IMG/VR virus record: IMGVR_UViG_3300014838_000017
Coordinates: 1-64,000 of that record
Origin: a virus
Strand: one strand, 5' to 3'
Length of the DNA: 64,000 nucleotides
The translations under genes were made by a program, and so were the position numbers. The notes under the pieces are model-generated. The model was not told where the DNA came from. It saw only the letters and a list, made by a program, of their open reading frames with translations, and did no database searches. Of this stretch, positions 56,782 through 64,000 are shown in pieces. Position 1 is the stretch's first letter. The number at the start of each line of letters is the position of its first letter.

Positions 56782-57669
56782 ATGTCAGTAAACGTATCTA
56801 TACTTGTCGCTCGTCTCAAAGAATTTGAAGATGGAGCCAAAGCCTCAGAATTCGCAAAGCTTCTTTGGAAACCCAAAGAAGGGACTCAAACAATTCGCAT
56901 CGTCCCCTACAAGTTCAACTCTGAGAATCCGTTCATTGAGTTGAAGTTCTACTACAAGTTAGCGGGAAATAACTACCTCGCCCCATGCACATTCGGGAAG
57001 CCCGATCCGATCATGGAAACCATCGAATCGCTCCGCTCCAGCGGTAGCAATGAAGAGAAGGAACTCGCAGCCAAAATCTCTCCTGTAACTCGCACTTATG
57101 CTCCTATCATCGTTCGTGGTGAAGAGGACCAGGGTGTTCGTTTCTGGGGATTCGGAGTCCAAGTCTATAAGCAACTTTTGAAGCTGATGACTAACTCCAA
57201 GTATGGTGACATTACTTCATGGAGTGATGGTCGTGACATCGAAGTCGAATTCCACAAGGAAAGCAAGAAGAAAGGTAAAGACGGGAAGTCATTCCCCGAG
57301 ACCACGATTCTTGCTGACCCCGCAACTACTCCGGTGGTCGATCCTACTCGTCGAGACCTCATGGAAAAGCTCAAAGATCAAACTGATATTTTGACCATTT
57401 TCCCATTGAAGTCCTACGACGAACTCAAAGCCGCCGTGGATAAATGGTTGAATCCCGAAGAAGAGGCGTCTGGTGCCGCAAATCAACCGGCAGCAACGAC
57501 CCTTGCTGAGGCTCATGCCAAGGCAACCGCCAAAGCTTCGACTCCCGCACCTGTAACTACTCCCGCAGCTACAGCATCCGCAGATGCCGCCGCTCCCGTC
57601 CCCGTTGCGTCGGCAACTCCCTCGAATCCAAATCTCGCCAATGAGTTCGAGAAGTTCTTCCAGAGTTAA
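56782..57669 (+). CDS. Single-stranded DNA-binding protein (T4 gp32-like)
   Basis: WKP.EG..TIRIVP, PF.EL.FYY, G..DPI.E, R.YAPIIVRG.E..GVRFWGFG..VY, YGDIT....GRDI, and an Ala/Pro linker ending FEKFFQS. Confidence 0.85.
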   Translation: MSVNVSILVARLKEFEDGAKASEFAKLLWKPKEGTQTIRIVPYKFNSENPFIELKFYYKLAGNNYLAPCTFGKPDPIMETIESLRSSGSNEEKELAAKISPVTRTYAPIIVRGEEDQGVRFWGFGVQVYKQLLKLMTNSKYGDITSWSDGRDIEVEFHKESKKKGKDGKSFPETTILADPATTPVVDPTRRDLMEKLKDQTDILTIFPLKSYDELKAAVDKWLNPEEEASGAANQPAATTLAEAHAKATAKASTPAPVTTPAATASADAAAPVPVASATPSNPNLANEFEKFFQS

Positions 57670-57698
57670 TCTCTGTTAGAAAGTAATTAAAATAACTT

Positions 57699-57729
57699 GA
57701 GTGGGTTACTATCTTATGGTAACCTACTC
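57699..57729 (+). terminator. Stem-loop after the SSB gene
   Basis: gagtgggttac...gtaacctactc inverted repeat; the U-tract is weak. Confidence 0.55.
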
Positions 57730-57758
57730 TCGTCTTGTTAAACAATCAAAGAAAATTT

Positions 57759-58949
57759 ATGGCAGACAAAGATAAAAAGAAATCCCCCAGTAAGCATATT
57801 GATAGCGATGTATCCGTTGATCGTGATGATTTAGCATTGTTACTCCAAAAGGAAATGAACAAAGCCAATAAGGACGGTGCAAAAGTAGCATGGTTCTTGG
57901 ATGAAGAGGATAATCCATGGGATATAACGGATTGGGTTTCCACGGGGTCCACTATGTTGGATTTGGCTATTTCTAATCGAGCAAATGGAGGTCTACCAGT
58001 AGGTAAGATTGCTGAAATTAGTGGGTTGGAAGGAACTGGAAAATCTCTTGTATGCGGTCATATCATTGCTGAGACCCAAAAGCGTGGAGGTCTTGCTGTA
58101 TTTTTCGATTCCGAATCAGCCATTGACAAGAATTACTGGAAGGCACTCGGAGTAAATATCTCCAGCGTTCCCACCATTCCATTCACTACTTTGGAAGAGT
58201 TATTCAACAATTTGGAATTGTGCATTGGAACTTTCCGCAAAAACAGCAAAGATAGGTTGCTTACTATTTTGGTTGATTCTGTTGCCCAAGCGTCGATTGA
58301 AAAGGAAATGGAAGCTGAGCATGGTGTTGATGGATATAACACCGGCAAGTCCCTAATCTTGGGTAAGGCGATGAGAAAGATTACCAATCTTCTAGCACGT
58401 CAACGTATTCTGTTGCTTTTTACAAATCAAGTTCGTTACAACATGAATGCCGGACCTTTCGGTGATAAGTGGATTACTCCCGGTGGAAAAGCACTTCCGT
58501 TTGCTTGTTCCGTTCGTCTTCGTGTTGCCAACCTTGGAAAGATCAAAAAGGATGAAGAAGTCATCGGAATGAAGTGTCAATGTCAAGTCATTAAGAGTCG
58601 TTGCGGTCCTAATTTCAAATTCGCTGAGTTTGAAGTCCATTATGACTCGGGCATTCAGAACTTGGCGAGTTGGCTTAAGTTCATGAAGGAACATGGTATT
58701 ATCACTGGCGATGGACGTGGATATGAATACAAGCGAACCAGTGGGGAGAAGATCGAATTTAACACCGCTAAGTTCGTTGAACTTATGCAGACTGATGCTG
58801 TTCTGAAAGAAGAAATTTATCAGGCTATCTGTGCCAAGTATATAATGCAATACCGTAGCCCCGATTCCGCTATTGTTGAGAATGTTACATTTCAGGAAGG
58901 TGAAAATGATGACATCACAAAAAATGCAGTTAAAGACGAAGAGAAATGA
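57759..58949 (+). CDS. uvsX: RecA/UvsX recombinase
   Basis: STGS..LDLAIS, GLEGTGKS Walker A, FFDSESA, ILVDSVA, FTNQVR, PGGKALPFACSVRL. Confidence 0.92.
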   Translation: MADKDKKKSPSKHIDSDVSVDRDDLALLLQKEMNKANKDGAKVAWFLDEEDNPWDITDWVSTGSTMLDLAISNRANGGLPVGKIAEISGLEGTGKSLVCGHIIAETQKRGGLAVFFDSESAIDKNYWKALGVNISSVPTIPFTTLEELFNNLELCIGTFRKNSKDRLLTILVDSVAQASIEKEMEAEHGVDGYNTGKSLILGKAMRKITNLLARQRILLLFTNQVRYNMNAGPFGDKWITPGGKALPFACSVRLRVANLGKIKKDEEVIGMKCQCQVIKSRCGPNFKFAEFEVHYDSGIQNLASWLKFMKEHGIITGDGRGYEYKRTSGEKIEFNTAKFVELMQTDAVLKEEIYQAICAKYIMQYRSPDSAIVENVTFQEGENDDITKNAVKDEEK

Positions 58950-59015
58950 ATAATCTTCCGTCTTATTGTTTGGAAATTTTACAGAAACAGATTGATAATC
59001 TGTTAAAGGAATAAC

Positions 59016-60089
59016 ATGGAACTTACCAAAGAAGAAAAGTCCAGACTTTATGGCATCCTTCATGGTATGAGGGATAACCCGAAGAAAGATTGGAAGCGGA
59101 ATACTAACTCTAGTGTTCTGCTTGTGGATGGAAATAATCTTTTTTTAAGAGCGTGGAATGCCAATCCTGCGATGGATGACAATGGAAATCATACTGGTGG
59201 AATAACGGGGTCGCTGAAATCATTAGGATACGCAATTAAATTATTGGCACCCACTCGATGCGTTGTGGTTTTTGATGGAGTAGGAGGTTCATATAAACGA
59301 CGCCAATTATTTCCTGAATATAAGGCGCATAGGAAAAATAAAATTCGTCTTAATAGAGCATATGAAGAAATGTCGGATGCTCCTACGGAAGAAGAAAGTT
59401 GTAAGAAACAATATATAAGATTTTCCCAATATCTACAAGTTCTTCCTGTAAACATTATTTCTATCAATCAACAAGAAGCGGATGATGTTATTGCATATCT
59501 TGCTACTGATTTTTTTAAGATGTCTGAGAAGGTATATATTATGTCCGCCGACAGAGATTTCCTTCAGCTATGTGATGGAAGGGTGTCGGTGTATTCTCCT
59601 ACTAAGAAGCGTATCTATGGACCAACCGAAGTATTAGCAGATTACAGCATACATCCCAATAACTTCGTGTTGTATAGAGCACTCGATGGTGATGATTCCG
59701 ATGATGTCCCTAGTATTGAGTTGGCGGGTCCAAAAACTATTGTAAAACATTTTCCGTGGTTAAACGAAGAAAAACTTCACACGATTGACGAGATTGTTCT
59801 TCATGCTGATGGATTGAAAAATAAATACAAAGTCTGCGATAATATCGTTAACGGAAAAAGTATTTTGGATAGAAATGTTGCATTGATGCAATTGAAAGAA
59901 ACTGCATTAACGACGGTTGCCCAACTGCATTGCAATGAATGTCTTGAAACCTCTAAGATTCCAATGCTTGATCGGAATTCATTTTTTAAAATGGTGCGTG
60001 AGGATGGAATTGATAGTAATTTGCCCAACCATATAAACTGGTTACAAGATACATTTTCTTCATTAGATTCTGTTACACGAAAAGATTGA
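59016..60089 (+). CDS. 5'-3' exonuclease / flap endonuclease (T4 RNase H-like)
   Basis: LLVDGNNLF.R, VFDG.GGS..RR..FPEYKA.R, EADDVIAYL, SADRDFLQL, ALDGD.SD.VP.I...GPKT. Confidence 0.9.
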   Translation: MELTKEEKSRLYGILHGMRDNPKKDWKRNTNSSVLLVDGNNLFLRAWNANPAMDDNGNHTGGITGSLKSLGYAIKLLAPTRCVVVFDGVGGSYKRRQLFPEYKAHRKNKIRLNRAYEEMSDAPTEEESCKKQYIRFSQYLQVLPVNIISINQQEADDVIAYLATDFFKMSEKVYIMSADRDFLQLCDGRVSVYSPTKKRIYGPTEVLADYSIHPNNFVLYRALDGDDSDDVPSIELAGPKTIVKHFPWLNEEKLHTIDEIVLHADGLKNKYKVCDNIVNGKSILDRNVALMQLKETALTTVAQLHCNECLETSKIPMLDRNSFFKMVREDGIDSNLPNHINWLQDTFSSLDSVTRKD

Positions 60090-60090
60090 T

Positions 60091-60294
60091 ATGTCAAAGT
60101 ATGTAGTTTATCAATATTTGCCTGCGGAAGAAATTGAATGGACATTGCAACGGTTGTTTCCATATCCAGAGGATATGCGTCCGAAACCGGAGGAACGTTA
60201 TTGGGTGCATGTTAAACTCGTCCCTACGGAAGACGTGCAAGTTTTTCCTATGTCTAACCCATTAAATACTGTTTTTTACATGGAGCTAATATGA
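60091..60294 (+). CDS. Hypothetical protein
   Basis: 67 aa, starts 1 nt after the upstream stop. Confidence 0.55.
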   Translation: MSKYVVYQYLPAEEIEWTLQRLFPYPEDMRPKPEERYWVHVKLVPTEDVQVFPMSNPLNTVFYMELI

Positions 60295-60644
60295 AAAAGT
60301 ATAAACTGTTAAGATTCGGACATTGCTATGTTAATAGAGATGGAACCTTTATTATTGGTCTTGTGGGTGGAAATAAGCGACACGGTTATACTATGTTAGC
60401 AAGTCATGCTCATCCGTATGTTTTTTTACAAAACATTAATGTCATGTCACGGATAGTTCCTAATGATGGAAATTGGATGGAAATAACGCCCTATCAATAT
60501 AATGCTATTTCTTCGTATCATGCGGATGGGTACATAGTAAAGCCCTCCCCGAAGGGAGGGCCATTTGTGATCTCTAAGTTTATCCCTTCCAGTCTTTCGG
60601 TGGAACAGAATATTTGTTCCCTACAAATGGTTCCGGAAAACTAA
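60291..60644 (+). CDS. Hypothetical protein
   Basis: ATGA overlap. The 3' end overlaps a convergent gene and its terminator. Confidence 0.5.
   Translation: MKKYKLLRFGHCYVNRDGTFIIGLVGGNKRHGYTMLASHAHPYVFLQNINVMSRIVPNDGNWMEITPYQYNAISSYHADGYIVKPSPKGGPFVISKFIPSSLSVEQNICSLQMVPEN
60539..60561 (-). terminator. Terminator for the 60580-61503 gene
   Basis: Minus strand gccctccc-ttcg-gggagggc-ttt (cUUCGg tetraloop). Confidence 0.7.
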
Positions 60645-61503
60645 CTTGCTTTTCATTTCCAAGGGGCACACCCATTTCAACAAGTGACTCACGGCTGGCG
60701 TAATAGATGTTGGTTGTAAGTGCGAGAATACCTTTTTCGAATTCAACCTCAATGACTCGGCTTTCTTTCGATTCTCCGTAACGGGTGCCCATATCGAATC
60801 CTTGGGGTTTTACATGAGAACGAAGCATGTTAGTAGATTGTCCTCCAGCCATCGTTCTACCTCTTGATGCACCTTTGGTTGGAATGTGGTCGCATGAATA
60901 TTTTTCTGGACCGGAACTCCGTTCACGTTCTACATCTCCAAATCCGATACTGTTATCGGCAGAATCCATTGTGGGATCACTATTACATGTGCTTCCGTAT
61001 AGTGTGCAGGTTGGAGGGCCGTAAGGATTCCACGTTGGAGTCCACGGGTTAATGGGATAGTCGTGATGATGGTGATGATGCTCTTCCCTCACGATGATTG
61101 GAGTAGGAGGCAAGGGCTTAATTTTCTCATTGAAGAGACGAACGCCGATTACACCGACATTTTTTTCCGATCCGTCTTCTTTGGAAGCAGCATAAGAACC
61201 GCCTTTGTAATCGAATAGGAACCTGGCAACCTTTTCGTCAGAAATACGGAATCCGTCAATTTTGACAGAATTGTTTCCATTGATGACATAACCGTTTCCA
61301 TTTTCATCGGCTTTTTTGCCGTTGAGAATGTCGAGACCATCCACGGAACAGACCGCAAGAATGCGCTGCCATGAATTATTTTTGATGCGGATTGAGTATT
61401 CGGCTCCCTTGTGTGCTTCGACAAAAAGTTTGCCGTCATGTGGGAATTGCCTGAGAGGTTTATCGTTGACCAGGATGTCAACTGTGTAGTTTTCGTTTGT
61501 CAT
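60580..61503 (-). CDS. Hypothetical protein (antisense accessory gene)
   Basis: 307 aa with an EA..G..YSIRI.N....R.LAV.SVDGLD...G.......GYV N-terminal domain, a His tract and GT.YGE...S.V..V.FE. Confidence 0.7.
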   Translation of the reverse strand: MTNENYTVDILVNDKPLRQFPHDGKLFVEAHKGAEYSIRIKNNSWQRILAVCSVDGLDILNGKKADENGNGYVINGNNSVKIDGFRISDEKVARFLFDYKGGSYAASKEDGSEKNVGVIGVRLFNEKIKPLPPTPIIVREEHHHHHHDYPINPWTPTWNPYGPPTCTLYGSTCNSDPTMDSADNSIGFGDVERERSSGPEKYSCDHIPTKGASRGRTMAGGQSTNMLRSHVKPQGFDMGTRYGESKESRVIEVEFEKGILALTTNIYYASRESLVEMGVPLGNEKQVSFPEPFVGNKYSVPPKDWKG

Positions 61504-61683
61504 ATACTGTTTACTCCTATTGGAGATTTTTAAAATCTAACGTTATGTTAGACGTTAATAATATATCAGGTTGCAAATGAAATACAACTTATTATATTTA
61601 AAAGAAAAGTTATTATAAGTTGCCGTGGTATTTTTTATAGCGTAACATTCACGTAACAATAAGAGCACAAAGATGAATAATAT

Positions 61684-62526
61684 ATGGAACTAAATCAAGG
61701 TGAAGTAAACAACCTCAAGAAGTTTGGCACTGCATTTCAAGCCAAATGCCTAGCAGCAATGCTTTCCGACCGTGCATTTTTGGAACGTGTCATTGACATC
61801 GTATCTCCCGATTTCTTCGAAACTGATGCCCATAAATGGGTTGTCAAGTTTATCGCATCGTATTTTCCGACGTATCATGACACCCCTACAATGGCTGTGT
61901 TTGCATGTGAAATTCAAAAGATTCCCGATGCTGTATTGAATATGGCAGTGAAGGAACAAGTAAAAATTTGTTACCTAGAAGTATCTACCGCAAAAGACCT
62001 AACTTACGTGAAGGAACAGTTTTTGTCATTCTGCCGCAACCAGAAGTTGAAAAATGCTATTTGGGCCTCGGAAGCACTTTTGAAGCAAGGTAACTACGAA
62101 GGTATTTGGAATGCCATTAACGAGGCATCCAAAGCAGGAATGGAACGTGATCTAGGTCATGAGTATCTCGCTGATATGGACAAGCGTATGTCCGCAATGG
62201 CCCGTGAGACAGTGAAGACCAACTGGCCGATTATTGATACCCATCTTGATGGCGGGCTTGGAAAAGGTGAACTTGGGTTTGTTGTTGCGCCAGCGGGCGC
62301 AGGTAAGTGCGTTGGGCCAAATACCGAAATTGAAATCAAGTATATGGATACCGGAATTCCGGTCGTTGGTAACTCAGGTAAGGAATATATCATTTGGATT
62401 AAACCATTTGAGAAATTTGATTTCGATGGAAAAATATTATATGGGTGGCAAATCGATAATATTTTCTTTGAACTTGAGAAAATGAAGTCGCAACTACTGG
62501 GACGGGAAAATATACAGAAAAAGTGA
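61684..62526 (+). CDS. dnaB: DnaB/gp41-like replicative helicase N-terminal fragment fused to N-intein
   Basis: ID..LDGGLGKGELG.VVAPAGAGK is followed by CVGPNTEIEI (intein block A) at 62308, then a stop at 62524-62526. Confidence 0.85.
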   Translation: MELNQGEVNNLKKFGTAFQAKCLAAMLSDRAFLERVIDIVSPDFFETDAHKWVVKFIASYFPTYHDTPTMAVFACEIQKIPDAVLNMAVKEQVKICYLEVSTAKDLTYVKEQFLSFCRNQKLKNAIWASEALLKQGNYEGIWNAINEASKAGMERDLGHEYLADMDKRMSAMARETVKTNWPIIDTHLDGGLGKGELGFVVAPAGAGKCVGPNTEIEIKYMDTGIPVVGNSGKEYIIWIKPFEKFDFDGKILYGWQIDNIFFELEKMKSQLLGRENIQKK

Positions 62527-62618
62527 AGTTTTTGTGTCTGTGTTAATATGTATAAGAGATCATGAAAGTAAAAATGTTATCCGAATTGCTTCATGGGAAT
62601 TTTCTCTGATAAATTGCG

Positions 62619-63569
62619 ATGGTTATCAATCATATACAAATAAGGATGAATAAGTTAAAATGTCAAATTTGTGGATTTGAGGGAATGAATTTAGTAACTC
62701 ACTTGAAGTTTAAGCATTTTCAGTCGGTGGACGATTATCGAAAGAAATATGGACAGCGCCAAGTTTATCTTCACTCCGACGAATTGCGGAATAAAATTTC
62801 AAATACACTTAAAAAATTAAATGAAAATATAGAATTTAGGCGAGAAAATTCCAATCGTCAGAAAAATGGCGCTTCGTGTTTAACAATTAAGTATTGGACG
62901 AATAGGGGGGTCTCCGAAGAAAATGCTCGAATAAAAATATCCGAATTACAAAAAAATAATTGTCGGAAACATTTGGTCAATGGTGATTTACAGGAATGTT
63001 CACATTTTTCTACCAAATATTGGATAAAGCGAGGATGCACTGAACAGGAAGCGATTAAAAATGTGTATAACATACAGAGTGAACTATCATCCAAATCTTC
63101 TAAATTTCAGGGACATATTCATACCGATGAAGAAAAAGAAAGAATTTCATCGTCTCTCAAAAAGATGATTGATGTTGTGGGAAGGGGAAAATGGGCACGC
63201 CATTTTGGGGAGTTTAATGGTCGTAGTAAAGCTGAAATCGAGTTTTACAATTACATAAAGGAAAACATAGATTTGTCAGTTCAAGCAAATGTTTCCGTCG
63301 GAAATTATATTGTAGATGTTATTAAAACTCGGAAAATAATTGAATTTTATGGTGATTTTTGGCACGCCAATCCATTGATTTTTTCTAAATGTAATAAGTT
63401 GTATCCACATGGCCGACGTGTTATGATGGCGGAAGATATATGGAAAAAGGATAATGCTCGTATATCTTGGCTGAGAAGTGAGGGGTATGAAGTTTTAATT
63501 GTATGGGAAACGGAGTGGAAAAAGCAAAAAGAAGTGTGTATTGAAAAGATTAGGAAATATCTGTTATGA
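62619..63569 (+). mobile_element. Free-standing Vsr-like PD-(D/E)xK homing endonuclease between the intein halves
   Basis: CQICG..H...H, KYW..RG.SEE.A repeats, SKAE..F, VD....KIIEFYGDFWHANP, D..R...L...GYEVLIVWE.EW. Confidence 0.8.
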
Positions 63570-64000
63570 TTTATAAGCGTGTTACGACCGAGAAAATAAA
63601 GATGGTAGAATTGTTTTCCCGCCTTGGCGTGGAGAACAAAGAAAATGCCAAGATTTCCGTCCCATTTCCGTTGGGAGTGAATACTCCATACGGATACAAA
63701 AATATTATCACGGTATTTAGGACCGAAAAGCAGCGGGCAGTGACGACCTATTTCAAAAATAATAAGACATTGAAAACTTCCAATGATCATTTATTGAAAG
63801 TAAATGGCGATTGGAAGAAAGTCCGGGACATTGTAAAATCCGATATTATCGAAACTGAAGTGGGAACGACCTCTATAAAGATGCAACATATTGGGAAGTT
63901 GGAAATTTTATATGATATTTCGGTGGAAGATGTACATTGTTATTATTCGAACGGTATAGTATCTCATAATTCGTGGGTATTAGCTCATCTTGGGGCCGAG
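63566..64000 (+). CDS. dnaB: C-intein (135 aa) fused to the helicase C-terminal fragment (partial, runs off the window end; absent from the ORF track)
   Basis: ATGA overlap with the HEG. Reads MIYKRVTTEKIKMVELF...VNTPYGY...LKTSNDHLL (block B)...LYDISVEDVHCYYSNGIVSHN|SWVLAHLGAE. Confidence 0.85.
   Translation, partial: MIYKRVTTEKIKMVELFSRLGVENKENAKISVPFPLGVNTPYGYKNIITVFRTEKQRAVTTYFKNNKTLKTSNDHLLKVNGDWKKVRDIVKSDIIETEVGTTSIKMQHIGKLEILYDISVEDVHCYYSNGIVSHNSWVLAHLGAE

Noticed and set aside
62527-63565. Group I intron interrupting the helicase/intein
   Set aside because: The non-coding flanks are too short (about 90 nt before the HEG, none after) and I saw no P7-like core. The downstream half has its own coupled ATG, so a split intein fits better, although an intron is not formally excluded.
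1-64000. tRNA genes (expected given cca) and a host assignment
   Set aside because: I saw no cloverleaf or T-loop motifs in the intergenic gaps. Scarce Shine-Dalgarno sites hint at Bacteroidota, but the canonical TTGACA/TATAAT promoters argue against it, so no host is called.

Overview
This is a 64 kb segment of a large, AT-rich, T4-superfamily-like (myovirus, probably jumbo) phage genome. It reads in the standard genetic code, and I saw no tRNA, rRNA or CRISPR array. From left to right: (1) an ATP-grasp gene and small accessory genes; (2) a leftward operon of neck and tail-completion genes (gp13/gp14/gp15-like) plus Ser/Ala/Tyr-repeat fibre genes, a LamG protein and a BNR/sialidase-like protein; (3) a block of probable injected or anti-host proteins (a Nudix+ART+lysozyme-like+GNAT polyvalent protein, a CCA-adding enzyme, ART-like proteins); (4) a long 'TASY' repeat fibre followed by four tandem paralogues; (5) tail sheath, tail tube, tail chaperones, tape measure and baseplate genes, interleaved with many homing endonuclease genes (HEGs) and probable internal head proteins; (6) a replication module (short family-A-like polymerase, gp32-like SSB, UvsX/RecA, 5'-3' exonuclease, DnaB/gp41 helicase). 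The most striking feature is the helicase. It is broken at its Walker A motif by an atypically split intein: the N-half carries only block A, the C-half carries blocks B/F/G, and a free-standing endonuclease gene lies between them. Other highlights: a recurring ~45-49 aa 'MGRK' micro-ORF overlapping three unrelated HEGs in the same relative frame; a sense-strand TAT(T/G)TATA motif whose TATTTATA form is the reverse complement of the T4 late promoter; a probable +1/-2 chaperone frameshift; nuclease-GNAT(Mom-like) fusions; and an orphan consensus sigma70 promoter firing into an AT-rich tract. All functional calls come from motif recognition by eye; no database searches were run.
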